Positions 50,862-63,719 of a stretch of 64,000 bases of DNA are shown piece by piece. The position numbers and the translations under genes were made by a program. The DNA is taken from the NCBI GenBank assembly GCA_964106915.2, contig OZ066918.1, one strand, 5' to 3'. The notes under the pieces are model-generated. The model was not told where the DNA came from. It did not search any database and saw only the letters and a list, made by a program, of their open reading frames with translations. Each line of letters opens with the position of its first letter. Position 1 is the stretch's first letter. Origin of the DNA: Podarcis gaigeae. Lineage: Eukaryota.

Positions 50862-51929
50862 ATGAGTGGCGCAAAGAAAAAGGAGTCTAAAGAAAAAGAA
50901 CAAAGACCAAGAACCAGACAAACAACCTTAGCCTCAACTTTACACCAACGCAGATCGTCTGTGCCTATTTTGCCTTCTGAGGAAGAAACTGCTTCACTGC
51001 CACGTGCAGGGGAAGGAGAAACAGAGGAATTACAACTGGAAGATATGGCTTCAGGAGCAGCTGCTTCTATCTTAGAAAAAATCTATGAAAAATTGGAATC
51101 TTTGGACAAGAAAGTGGAATCTTTGGACAAAAAGGCCGATGAACAAACATTTAAAATAGATCAAAACACAGAATGTTTAAAGAGACTAACTGGACAAGTG
51201 GCACAGAACGTTCAAACAATTGCAGAATTGAAGGAGGCTACAGGGGAGAACAAGAAATTGGCTGAAGACACTAGCCAAAGACTTGGAAAGCTAGAAAAAG
51301 AGGTGAGACCACTCAACAAACAAGTAGGTGAACATCAGACCTACCTCTCGATGATTGAATTGAAAAACAGGGAGACTAATTTAAGGATAAGGCTGGTACC
51401 GGAAGTGGAAGAAGATAACTTGGCTGAGTTTCTGACCAAAATATTCTCCAAGCATTGGAGCTTAGAGGAGAAAGACTTCAAGATTACATCAGCTTTCAGA
51501 CTTGGAAGATTGACAAAAAAAGACAAACCCAGAGACTGCTTGATAACACTGAGATCAGAGGAGGAGAGGGACAAGATTTTGGGCCTACACTACGGGAAGT
51601 CACTGGACATTTTGGACAAAAGGATCGAAATTTACAAGGACATTCCTAAACAGCTTTTGGATTTGAGATCTGAATATTTGGAACTAGCAAGACTGCTGAG
51701 GAGTAACTCCATTATCTTTAGGTGGGACTTTCCGCAAGGACTATCTTTCACTTTTAGAGGGAGGAAGATTAAAATTAGAACATTGGAAGACAGAGATAAG
51801 TTTCTGAACCACCACGGAGAAGACCTTCATAAAGGACTTGGATTACCTTCGGGGCCTGGAGCACCAGAGGCACCTGCACCCTTGGATTCTGAAGATCCAG
51901 TGAATAAGGTACCACCCCCAGAAAAATAA
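50862..51929 (+). CDS. L1 ORF1p (coiled coil, RRM, CTD), intact, 355 aa
   Basis: Heptad-rich region followed by RETNLRIRLVPE, AFRLG...KPRDCLI, IEIYKDIP and FRWDFP, typical of L1 ORF1. Confidence 0.9.
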   Translation: MSGAKKKESKEKEQRPRTRQTTLASTLHQRRSSVPILPSEEETASLPRAGEGETEELQLEDMASGAAASILEKIYEKLESLDKKVESLDKKADEQTFKIDQNTECLKRLTGQVAQNVQTIAELKEATGENKKLAEDTSQRLGKLEKEVRPLNKQVGEHQTYLSMIELKNRETNLRIRLVPEVEEDNLAEFLTKIFSKHWSLEEKDFKITSAFRLGRLTKKDKPRDCLITLRSEEERDKILGLHYGKSLDILDKRIEIYKDIPKQLLDLRSEYLELARLLRSNSIIFRWDFPQGLSFTFRGRKIKIRTLEDRDKFLNHHGEDLHKGLGLPSGPGAPEAPAPLDSEDPVNKVPPPEK

Positions 51930-51944
51930 CCAGATTTATTCAGG

Positions 51945-54900
51945 ATGTCTCTGCAACTTTTGAGCTGGAATATAAATGGCTGTAACATTCCGGAAAAAAG
52001 GGGGAAAATTTTTCATATATTAAAAAAGGAACAATTGGACATTATCTGTTTGCAAGAAACACATGTGACTAGGCTCCACAGAAAAGTGTTGATAAACAAA
52101 AGGCTTGTCCAGGAATTTATATCTTCAGACATAGTGAAGAAGAGAGGGGTGGTGATATATGCAAAAGAGAGCCTTTCACCTAAATTTCTATTCAAAGATG
52201 AACATGGCAGAACTTTGGCAATTGAAATACAACATCAAGGAGAAAAAATTTTGTTATTAGGAATTTATGCACCAAATGATGGGAAATCGGAATTTTATAA
52301 GAAGTTGCATGAGAGCATGCTGGAATATCTGGATTATGATAACATCATTATGATGGGAGATATGAATGGGATCGTATCAACTAACATGGATAAGTCACAA
52401 AGTCAAAAAGTCACTAAAGATGGCAGACTACCAAAGACTTTTTTCGAAATGACAGACAATATGGACTGGATTGACATATGGAGAACTAAGAACCCCTTGG
52501 GAAAAGAAGGAACATTCTTCTCTGAGGCCCAGCTGACTTGGACAAGAATCGACCAAATATGGATTACTAGAGGTCTGGCACCTAAGGTCAGGAAAGTGGA
52601 AATCTGCCCAAAGACATGCTCCGACCATAACGCTTTGAAAATGGATATGACACTACTACCAACCGGCTCCTTTAGATGGAAGATGAATGACAACCTGTTC
52701 AGAGATCAGGAGATCATTAAGAAGGCCCAAAAAGTTTTAAAGGACTATTTTGAGATAAATTTGAACACTTCGGTGGAAAAGAGAATAATTTGGGACGCAA
52801 GCAAAGCCGTGATGAGAGGGTTCTTGATACAACAGAATGTTATAAAGAAAAGAACACAAAATGAAAAGAAAGAAAAGATTTTGGAGAAAATTAAAGAATT
52901 AGAGAAGAAGTTAAGAACAAACCCGAAATCACAGCTGATTTTGAGAGAAATTAAACTTCATCAGGCACAATATTCTAAACTGATAAACCAGGAAATAGAA
53001 TGGAAGATTAAATCAATGAAACAAAAAACGTTTGAATCGGCAAATAAATGCGGGAAACTGCTGGCCTGGCAGTTGAAGAAGAGACAAAAGTTGAATATAG
53101 TAACAAATTTGGAAATTGAAGGAAGAAATATTCAGAACCCTGTGGAGATTAGAAAGTGTTTCCAGAAATATTTTAAAAAACTATATACTCAAGGGCCGCA
53201 AAATGAGGCCGAGATTCTACAATTTTTGGAAAAAAATGGACTTAAAAAACTGTCGCAAGAAAACAGACTACTCCTGAACAGCAAAATAACACGACAAGAG
53301 ATCGAACGTGCCATTCAGAACATGAAATTGGGCAAATCTCCAGGGCCAGATGGCTTGACCTCCAAGTACTATAAGATATTAAGTGACTATTTGATTCAAC
53401 CATTGTTGGAGGTTAGCAATGAAATTATGGAGGGAAAGAAGGCGCCGGAATCGTGGAAGGAAGCTTTTATCACATTGATACCAAAATCAGAAATTGAAAA
53501 GACCCAACTCAAGAACTATCGTCCCATCTCCCTTTTAAATGTGGATTATAAAATATTTGCTGATGTTTTGGCAGGCAGACTTAAAAGAGTTCTAAATGAA
53601 GTAATACATAAAGATCAGGCTGGCTTTCTCCCAGGTAGACATATGTTTGCTAATACAAGGAACATTATCGACATTTTGGAACTTTTGCAAACAGAGATAA
53701 ATACTAAAGCAGTGTTAATTTTTATAGACGCGGAGAAGGCCTTCGACAACATCTCCTGGAAATTCATGAAGGGAAATTTAAAAGAAATGGGAGTGGGGCG
53801 GGGTTTTGAAAATGGGATTGATGCGATATATTCAGAACAAAAGGCAAAACTGATAGTTAACAATGTGGTAACAGAAGAGTTTAAAATTGAAAAAGGAACG
53901 TGACAAGGCTGCCCGATCTCTCCTCTGTTATTTATCTCAGTTTTGGAGGTGCTCTTGAACTTGATTAGAGGGGACCGGTTGGTGCAAGGGATTCAGGTCG
54001 GAGCGAAACAATATAAACTTAAAGCCTTTGCAGATGACCTAGTTTTGACACTGCAGGAGCCAGAATCTAGTACGAAAAGAGTATTACAATTGATTTATGA
54101 GTTTGGTCGGGTGGCGGGATTTAAGCTAAATAAACAGAAAACAAAGGTGTTGGGAAAAAATTTGACAGATACAGAGTCAGAACGGTTTCAGAGAGAAACA
54201 GAATTATCATTGGTCAAAAAGGTAAAGTACCTAGGGGTAAATATAACAGCAAAAAATCTGAGTCTATTCAAGGATAATTATGAAAAATGCTGGTCTGAAA
54301 TCAAGAGGGACTTGGACAGTTGGACAAAATTGAAGCTTTCTTTGTTAGGCTGAATTGCTCTATCAAGATGAATGTATTGCCAAAGATGTTATTTTTGTTT
54401 CAAACGTTGCAAATTGTGGACAAAACGGAGTGCTTCCGGAAGTGGCAGAGAGATATTTCCAAATTTGTCTGGCAGGGCAAAAAGCCCAGAATTAAGTTTA
54501 AGATATTAACCGATGCGAAAGAAAGAGGGGGCTTTGCCCTGCCAGACTTAAGGTTGTACTATGAAGCCGCAGCTTTCTGCTGGCTAAAAGATTGGCTACT
54601 TCTCGAAGACACTGACGTGCTGGATTTGGAAGGTTTTAACAACGCTTTTGGTTGGCATGCATACTTATGGTATGACAAAGTCAAGATCAATAAGGCCTTT
54701 AAGAACCATATTGTCAGGAAAGCAGTATTTAATGTCTGGACAAAATACAAAGACTTATTGGAAAATAAAACTCCAAGGTGGCTTTCACCTCTGGAAGCTA
54801 AGGCCCGAAAAAGACCCAATATGGAAGCCGATTGGCCAAAATATTGGGAAATATTAGAAAAAGATGGAAATAATTGGAAATTGCAGAGTTTGGAGAAAAT

Positions 54901-55684
54901 GAAGGATAAAGTGCGAGACTGGTTACATTACGCTCAGATTAAAGAAGTGTTTAAAAATGACAAAAAGTTAGGGTTCCAGGTGGAGAAATCGAAGTTGGAA
55001 ACAGAGCTGTTAGAACCTAAGGCTAAGGTACTTTCAAGAATGTATAACTTGCTGCTGAAATGGAACACACAAGACGAAATGGTTAAATCGGCTATGATAA
55101 AATGGGCACAGGACATTGGGCATAACATTATGTTTGAGGACTGGGAAAGGTTGTGGACCACTGGGCTGAACTTTACTGCATGTAATGCTTTGAAGGAAAA
55201 TGTAATGAAAATGATATACAGATGGTACATGACCCCAGTTAAACTTGCCAAAATATACCATTTGTCTGATAATAAATGTTGGAAATGTAAAGAAAATGAA
55301 GGAACATTCTTTCACCTCTGGTGGACCTGCCCTAAAGTGAAGGTCTTCTGGGAAATGATATATAATGAGCTGAAAAAGGTATTTAAGTATACCTTTACTA
55401 AGAAACCAGAGGCCTTCCTTCTGGGTATTGTCGGCCAGAAGGTGTTAAAGAAGGATAGAACATTCTTTATGTATGCAACAACGGCAGCAAGGATACTTAT
55501 CGCTAAGAACTGGAAAACTCAAGATCTACCCACACTGGAAGAATGGCAGATGCAGCTGATGGACTATATGCAACTGGCGGAGATGACTGGCAGAATTCGA
55601 GACTTGGGAGAAGAAAGGATTGAAGAAGATTGGAAGAAATTTAAGATTTATCTACAAAAATATTGTGATTTAGTGGAATGTTAA
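51945..55684 (+). pseudogene. L1 ORF2 (APE endonuclease, reverse transcriptase, CCHC), inactivated
   Basis: SWNING, LQETH, GDMN, SDHNA, KSPGPDG, NYRPISLLN, DAEKAFD, FADD and CWKC-x8-H-x4-C; stops at 53901-53903 and 54351-54353 plus a -1 frameshift near 54360. Confidence 0.95.
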
Positions 55685-56369
55685 TGAGGATGCTTGGTTA
55701 TAAATAATTGGCCACCACTAAATTGGATTGAAAATTGACGATAAATAAGATTAAGAGAAACAAAATTTGTTGGAGAATTGTTATACTATATCGAATTGAG
55801 TGGTTATAAATTTGCAAATAAGATGAGAATTTGCTTGAAAAAAACTTATTAACGATGTAAGTGGGAGCGGGAGACGTGAGGAAGTCCAAAGAAGTTATGA
55901 AATTTTGTCAAAACAAAGTAATGTTGTTTATTATTTTTGTATTTCTTTTATAAAAAACCCTAATAAATATCTTATTAAAAAAAAAAGAGACAACCCAGAT
56001 TCCGAACGCCTGCCGAAGTTCCCTCTCTGGTCCAGCAATTCTCTGCTGCCTTGGGAACTCAGGACTCTATGCTGGCTTCTGGCTGCTGAGCTCTCCCCAA
56101 AGCCTCTTATGAGAATTCTCCTCTTTCCCATTGTTCTGCTGCTCTAACCAGTGATGTCATATCTTTGACTTTTCATCAGGCTATGACGCCCCTCACCTGG
56201 CTTCAGCTTCCAGGTTTGCATTCAGCTGAATCTTCTGCCCTCTTCTTTGCCCACCTTCAGGCACTCGCAGACTCCCTCTCCTGCAGGTAGAGATTTGCTT
56301 TTAATGCTCCATAAGGGTCTCCTCTCCTGCCAACCGTTTTAAATCGGAATAGAATTTTCTGCCCTCATT

Positions 56370-56733
56370 AAAGGTAAAGGTAAAGGTACCCCTGCCCGTA
56401 CGGGCCAGTCTTGACAGACTCTGGGGTTGTGCGCCCATCTCACTTAAGAGGCCAGGGGCCAGCGCTGTCCGGAGACACTTCCGGGTCACGTGGCCAGCGT
56501 GACATCGCTGCTCTGGCGAGCCAGAGCCGCACACGGAAACGCCGTTTACCTTCCCGCTGGTAAGCGGTCCCTATTTATCTACTTGCACCCAGGGGTGCTT
56601 TCGAACTGCTAGGTTGGCAGGCGCTGGGACCGAGCAGCAGGAGCGCACCCCGCCGCAGGGATTCGAACCGCCGACCTTTCGATCGGCAAGTCCTAGGCGC
56701 TGAGGCTTTAACCCACAGCACCACCTGCGTCCC
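56370..56733 (-). mobile_element. Sauria SINE, different subfamily
   Basis: (aaaggt)n tail, ctatttatctacttgcac core and head ...cacagcaccacctgcgtccc. Confidence 0.9.
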
Positions 56734-56863
56734 ATTAGACCATAATAATTAGGCCATGTGTGGGTGAGGCAGAATGTCCACTTGCTTAACCAATAAAAGC
56801 TAACAAATTTCAATTCTCTATCTCTGTATAAATGACCAGGACCTCATTTCTCAAAGTTCCCGT

Positions 56864-57010
56864 CAGTGGCGTAGCGTGGGGGGTGCAGGGGGGGCCGGCC
56901 GCACCGGGCACAACATCTGGGGGTTAGGGTTAGGGGGCGCAAATCCACGGGTTAGGGGGCACAAATTACTTGTCTTGCCCCGGGTGCTGACAACCCACGC
57001 TACGCCACTG
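56864..57010. mobile_element. Minimal hAT MITE (147 bp), same family as 24020-25427, opposite orientation
   Basis: Identical 17-bp TIRs; 8-bp TSD gttcccgt at 56856-56863 and 57011-57018. Confidence 0.92.
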
Positions 57011-57121
57011 GTTCCCGTTAACATGTAGCCCACAGTTGCACTGACCACCAACCATTTGCTGTCCCCTTGATACCTTGTACACACTGTCAAGGCAATTTAA
57101 ATGCAGCTAACCCTTTTCATT

Positions 57122-57658
57122 CTGGGATGCGGGTGGCACAGTAGGTTAAACCACAGAGCCTAGGACTTGCCGATCAGAAGGTCAGCGGTTTGAATCCCCG
57201 TGACAGGGTGAGCTCCCGTTGCTCGGTTCCTGCTCCTGCCAACCTAGCAGTTCGAAAGCATGTCAAAGTGCAAGTAGATAAATAGGTACCACTCCGGCGG
57301 GAAGGTAAATGGTGTTTCCGTGTACTGCTCTGGTTCGCCAGACGCAGCTTAGTCATGCTGGCCACATCACCCGGAAGCTGTACGCCAGCTCTCTCGGCCA
57401 GTAAAGCAAGATGAGCACTGCAACCCCAGAGTTGGCCACGACTGGACCTAATGGTCAGTGTTTGGATTTGATATCCCACTTTATCACTACCCTAAGGAGT
57501 CTCAAAGCGGCTAACATTCTCCTTTTCCTTCCTCCCCCACAACAAACACTCTGTGAGTTGAGTGAGGCTGAGAGACTTCAGAGAACTGTGACTGGCCCAA
57601 GGTCACCCAGCAGCTGCATGTGGAGGAGCGGAGATGTGGGTCCCTTTACCTTTACCTT
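57122..57658 (+). mobile_element. Sauria SINE containing a ~180-bp antisense SINE fragment (57459-57637)
   Basis: Colinear with 18898-19254 up to ggtcag, resumes at gggtccctttacc; 14-bp TSD taacccttttcatt at 57108-57121 and 57659-57672. Confidence 0.88.
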
Positions 57659-57682
57659 TAACCCTTTTCATTACACATAGTG

Positions 57683-57683
<1 letters not shown>

Positions 57684-57726
<43 letters not shown>

Positions 57727-58650
57727 ATTTTATTTATATCCTGCCCTCCCCAGCCGAAGCCGGGCTCAGAGCGGCTAACAACACTAAAACAGTGCAACAT
57801 TATAAAAACATTATAAAAATTAATTAAAATCAAAATTGATGGCAACCATAAACTAAAGTTTTGTAAAGATTGCCAAAGGAGGGAGTCAGGCTGCACCCTG
57901 ACCAAAGGCCTGGTGGAACAGCTCTGTCTTGCAGGCCCTGCGGAAAGATGTCAAGTCCTGCAGGGCCCTTGTCTCTTGTGACAGAGCATTCCACCAGGTT
58001 GGAGCTGCAGCCAAAAAAGCCCTGGCTCTAGTTGAGGCCAGCCTAACCTCTCTGTGGCCTGGGACCTTCAAGATGTTTTTATTTGAAGACCGTAAGTTCC
58101 TCTGTGGGGCATACCAGGTCCCATAGGTACGAGGGTCCTAGGCCATATAGGGCTTTGAAGGTTAGAACCAGCACCTTAAACCTGATCCTGTACTCCACCG
58201 GGAGCCAGTGCAGCTGGTATAGCACCGGATGAATGTGATCTCGCAGCGAAGACCCCGTAAGGAGTCTCGCTGCGGCATTCTGCACCTGCTGGAGTTTTTG
58301 GGTCAGTCTCAAGGGCAGCCCCACGTAGAGCGAGTTACAATAATCCAGTCTGGAGGTGACCGTCGTGTGGATCACAGTGGCTAGGTCAGGGCGAGAGAGG
58401 TAAGGAGCCAACTGCTTAACTTGGCGGAGATGAAAAAATGCCGTCTTTGTTATAGCTGCAATCTGCGCCTCCATGGAGAGGGAGGTATTGAAGATTACAC
58501 CCAAACTCTTAACAGACGGTGCTGGCACTAATTGCACCCCCGCAAGAGATGGGAGTTGCCCCCTCAATCCCATATCGTCCCGTCCCAGCCAGAGGACCTC
58601 TGTCTTCAAAGGATTTAACTTCAACCGGCTCCCATGTAACCAACCATCCC
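57684..58650 (-). mobile_element. L2 LINE 3' fragment with a (ttg)n tail
   Basis: LKLNPLKTE, SRLDYCNSLY.GLP, LQ.VQNAAARLL, LHWLPV..RI.FKVL; internal deletion/frameshift near 58118. Confidence 0.92.
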
Positions 58651-60057
58651 TTAGACATTCCTAATATACAAAACTTTACCTCAGAAAATATGATGAATGA
58701 AGTCCCCACAAGTCGACTGGGAACAGTCTCCACATCAATGCAACGTAGACTTAAAATGCAACCAGGATGTTCTTCTTGATGGAAGGTAGTTTTTTTTGGA
58801 GGGGTGGGGAACACACATCAAAATGCATTTAAAAACCCCAAGAAGGTAGATACAGGATAGATATGGATTGTGCCTAACATTGTGTGTACATAACATTGTT
58901 TGTACATAGGCTGAATGTAGAGTAAATGGGAGTGTAAAGACAACCATATGTGTAAGTGGAAACAATTGTCAAGGAGGTCCAGCCACCACCTGATTTGACT
59001 GAAAAAGATTGAACAACTTCTGAGTGAACAGGCAACTTGGATTGTGCTGGAAACCAGTACAGTTTGAAGCAGCCCACCAGTTTATTTGCTGGGGATGATC
59101 TGATCTGATATAGTGCACTTGATTCCCTAAATTAGAGTGGCCTGAATGTGCCCTAAATTTTCTCACAAAGAGCTGAATAATAATGAACCACATCTCAGTA
59201 CATACTGCCTTTAGAGAAAGGTGGTTACTGAAATTAACAAGCCAAAAAGAGCTAAGTTGTATGGGGGGAAGTGAGGGAGGGTCAGAGCACTGCATTAGAC
59301 AATTTAAATAAGAAGCAGGCAGAGAGACCAGAAGCCATTAACCAATTATAGAATGTGGATGATGAAAGAAAGAGATGAAATCTAACACCTGATAGAGATC
59401 AAAAGTGTCACAATTAATGTTGCAGCATTTGCTTGAAGCCTTCCTGTAATTATCATCAAGCTGCCATCTTGGTACATGGATGCCAAGCATTGAAATACAT
59501 CATGCCACTGGGGAAATATTTTATTTTGGAGTTGATTTCGGGTTGTCATAAAGTCCACTTCTGAACAGTAGTAGAATGTAACCCATCATGAGTGCAAATA
59601 GCTTATTTCTTCAGCGAGAAACAGTCCCTGGCTCTCCATCAAATTCCCAGCATGTGACCAACGAGCATTCACAGTGTGGGCATGTGCTTCTCAAAGCTGC
59701 TGTAAGAAAAACCTCTGTTTTTAATAAAAGTAAGAGGTGCTAACCAATGGCTGTGTAAATCACCCATTTAAACAAAGATATAAAATGAGGCTCATCAATT
59801 GAGGTGAATTGTACTGGAATCTGAGAGGGGAACAAACCCAATCAAGCTCCACACTTTTGTTTGTCCCATGATTTCTAGGCATGGGGGTCCGAGATGATTT
59901 TCTTTTGTTATGCTGCTTTCCCCAGGAAAACCAGTGATTTGATGCTGAATCGGAACAAACATCTGTTGGGACAATCATGGGACAAATGGGAGAAACAGTG
60001 GGACAAAGGGAAGTCTGGATGAGCACCAAATTTTGTGTAGGCCAGTTGCATTTCTGT

Positions 60058-60270
60058 GTGTGTAGTGTAGTGGATAGATTGTTGGACTTGGAGGCCAGGG
60101 TTCAAATCTTGACCTAGCTAGGAAGCGAACTGGATGACTTTTGACCAGTCGCTTTCTCACAGAGTTTTTGGTGAGGATAAAAATGAGATGGCGAGAACCG
60201 CATATGCCACTTTGAGCACATTAAAAGAAAGCTGGGATAGAAATGTAATAATACAATAAATAAATAAAAC
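60058..60270 (+). mobile_element. tRNA-derived (Squam3/MIR-like) SINE
   Basis: A box tgtagtggatag, B box ggttcaaatc, gtgaggataaa core and aataaataaa tail. Confidence 0.65.
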
Positions 60271-60965
60271 TGAGAGGCCAATTGCTTGGGGCTTTTCTAC
60301 TTCATAGGTTGCTAGCCTGCTTGTCACGGTAGTGGTGCTAATTGCATGTGATAGATGCACCTGATAGGCCTCTACCCACCCAGTTGTGATATTTTCCTGG
60401 CTCCAGCCTGACACCAGCAGAGGTTCTTACTTGGAAGTAGGAAATATATCTTTATTCAGGCAAATAAAAGTACAAGCTTGACAGCAGACTCTGTGCTCAA
60501 GAGTCATAATTCAGGAGTTCCACAGCAGGCCAAGAAAATCCCTAATGGGACAGAAATATTTCCCACCTCACCCACTAAGCTTTTACAGACAAGGAGTGAT
60601 GCACTCACTTGTAAGACTCTTTTGCCTTGTGGGAATTTTGGGATTGCTAATTGGGATGGGTGGGTCTGCTCCCATCTCTGGTGGAGGCCCTTGCTTTGAG
60701 GCAACAAGACTGTACCCCCCTGTTCAGGTTCCTGCTCAGTTTCTGCCACCCTTCTCAGCTGATCAAAGCTCCCTCAAGCCTCCCCTGAGCCTCTCCACTT
60801 CACAGGAAGGTCAGAGGGCAGAGTTGACATCCCTGCTCACCCTTTCAAAATGATTGAAGTTGGGGTGCACAGGTGGAAATTTCCCTTTTCCAATCCAGGT
60901 TCCCCCAGTTCAGTCCACCCGGTCCTTCCTTGCCACCTTGGCATATGAGGCACCAGCACACAATA

Positions 60966-61593
60966 TAGTGGTACCTTGGTTCTCAAACTCTTTGGTTCCC
61001 AAACGTGTTCTGGTTTTTGAACGTTTTTTGGATGCCGAATGTCCGATGCGGCTGTCGGCTATTGTTTCCTGGGCGCCTGCACCAATCAGAAGCTGCACCT
61101 TGGTTTTTGAACATTTCAGAAGTCAAACAGACTTCCAGAATGGATTAAGTTTGGTGCTTTTGTTTTTGCTATTTATTTTGCTTTTTTGCGGCTTTTTCGG
61201 TTAATTTGTTTTTGTGACTGTGTGGAACCAAGTTCAGCTACTGATTGATTGATTGTGTGACTGCAGAAATGGATAAAAGCCTCCCATCCAAACAATGACT
61301 ATCATCAATACAGGTAAGAAAAAAATTAATTTTAATTTTCATCATCTACAGTACTGATTTATTTATTTTATAGTACAGTACATTGATTATTGCTTTCATT
61401 TTATGGATCAATGGTCTTGTTAGATAGTAAAATTCATGATAAATTGCTGTTTTAGGGGTTGTTTTTAAAAGTCTGGAATGGATTAATCCATTTTGCATTA
61501 CTTTCTATGGAAAAGCGCACCTTGGTTTTGAAATGCTTTGGTTTTGGAACGGACTTCTGGAACGGATTAAGTTTGAGAAGCAAGGTATCGCTG
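60966..61593. mobile_element. Longer (628 bp) pogo/Tigger-like non-autonomous element
   Basis: TA-flanked tagtggtaccttggttctcaaact...agtttgagaagcaaggtatcgctg; shares ccaatcagaagctg...ttcagaagtcaaacagacttc with 48680-48931. Confidence 0.8.
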
Positions 61594-63719
61594 TACAGGT
61601 AAACAAGTCTGAAGCAAACTGTTTTGCTTGAGATTGTCAATCTGCAAGTAGCTGCCTTTATAACCACACCTGATTGTGTAAACAAACCTTTCTGTCATGT
61701 ATAACTGTATAGAGGGAGATCTGAATGTTCTTTTCATACCAGGTAATAATAAACAAGGTAGTTATTCCATCAATCCTGATGGTGGAAAAAACCTGCGACG
61801 TTTAGGTATACTTTGCACAGGTCTAACCTTGAAGGTTTTTTTCTGTTGACCCTAGCCTAGCTGTCACAAGAACATAAATTGGATGAGAACTAATTAACTG
61901 TCAAAACTCAGGGCAAGGGAGTATAAACTCTTGCTTCACCTCCTAGTGGGCTCCAGTCCTTTCTTTGATGTGACAAGTTGTCCTTTGTTCCTTTTGCAAA
62001 CAACTTAGCACGGCAGAGGAAATGCAATATACCATCAGGCAATCACTTATCGACGACAGCAGATCAACATGAAAAATGGGCTTTGGAACTCTAAAGGACA
62101 ATGATCAGAGAGGCTTCTTCTTTCATCCTAAATCATTATGTTTAGTAGTCGACTGGAGCACCATAAGTTATTTATAAATGTCTCTGCTTGTTAGGAGATG
62201 GATGTTTTTCTAGTGAGATAAATAAATGTTTTTAATCAGATGATAAATGTATGCCGTCTATAGGAAAACAGAAGTCCCTCCCACTCCCCATGCTGTAACC
62301 ATCTACGGCGGTTGAGAGGTGAAAACATTACCAGCTGAAATGCACTTGGGTGCTGCAGTTTGTGGGTTGTTTTGGCTGTGCTGCTGTTTGCATAGCTGGG
62401 CTGATGAAGTTCTGAAGGGAATCACAATGAATGGAAATCATCAAGTTTTCAAAAGCACTTTAAAGATCTGCTCTCCTTCTGCTCAACTTCAGATGCAAAT
62501 GAAGAGTTGCGATCACTTTCAATGTAGCATCTTTTCTTTCATATGATTGCTTTGGAAGAATATGCAAGAGAGAAAGAGAATTAGTTTGGTTTATTGGGTT
62601 TTTGCTATATAATTTTCAAAACAATTACAAAATTAAATACAGAGATCAATAAGGCTGCAAAATTCAGGTGTACATTCACATTTCACATTTCACTGAAAGC
62701 AACAAAAATAGTGAGGAGAAGGAGTTCTAACCTCCTGATGCCTTGTCTTCTCCCTCTGAGGTGGTGCAGCTTGGGCTCAGAGACAAGCAAATGGGCAGTG
62801 GCAAGGAGAAGGAGGAGGTTAGTGGCTCACTTAAGGAAAAGACCCTACCAGAAGCATCTGGTCCAAAGATGCGCAAAAACCTGGAACCAGCTCTGAAACT
62901 TGTGTTTATGTTTAAGACACCTGCACTATCCATGAAGGAATGGCTGCTGGTATAACTGTTGCCTGCAATATCAACTTGCCCATCTCCTTTATAGACAAGG
63001 AAATGAGATTTTTGTGTTTCTGGGTCTTATTTGTGCGAGAAAGTCAACTCCCATGATCCCTAGTTGCAGGACCTGTGGCCAGGGATGATGGGAATTGTAG
63101 TCTCAAAACATCTGGAGGGCCGAGGTTGAGGAAGACTGGTTAGGCCATTTCCATCTCTCTTTCACAGTGCTTATTTCTGTCTCCTCTCTCACAACGAAGA
63201 GAGGAAATAAAGAGCAGGTAGCACGAGATGGGTTTGTTTGGATAACATTTTGAAGGGATGCAAATGCATAACCAGCAACTCCTTCTTACTCTGGCCTTGG
63301 CCAGGGTGGGCTAAGAGTTCCACATGACAGGAGTGATACAAAGAGCCTGCTTACATTTTTGTTTAAATTTTATTTGAACTTGGGTTTCCATTCTGGGCAC
63401 ATATGATAATTGTCTGGAACATCACTTCTTAAAATCTATTATCTTTTACGAGGTTTACACCTAAATCAGCAATCATAAATGAAAAATTTAATCATAAATG
63501 AAAAATAACAATCATACATATTGTACCTGCAAAATAATAATAATAATGTACTGATTGCTTCCGTACAGGGTGCCAGCCAGCCAGCCAGCCAGCCATACCC
63601 AATTCCAAACTCCATTCCATTCTCCTTGGCCCACTTGCTGTGGTCCCACTCCTTCCTCTTGAGTTGCTGTACACAGGAGTAAATAATGCTCAAATGTGGC
63701 TACAGTTGATTGTAACTGT

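Larger units (their letters stand above)
49855..55984 (+). mobile_element. Near full-length L1 LINE (~6.1 kb)
   Basis: CpG-rich 5' UTR, ORF1, ORF2, AATAAA at 55962 and a poly(A) tail; 20-bp TSD aagagacaacccagattccg at 49835-49854 and 55985-56004. Confidence 0.97.

Noticed and set aside
56919-56960. Interstitial telomere
   Set aside because: Only 2-3 TTAGGG units, and they are internal to a MITE.
57634-57905. PolyQ / polyC ORFs
   Set aside because: Translation of the (caa)n/(ttg)n tail of the L2 element.
62743-62955. Purine-rich, exon-like 70-aa ORF
   Set aside because: No homology recognised and only a weak splice context.
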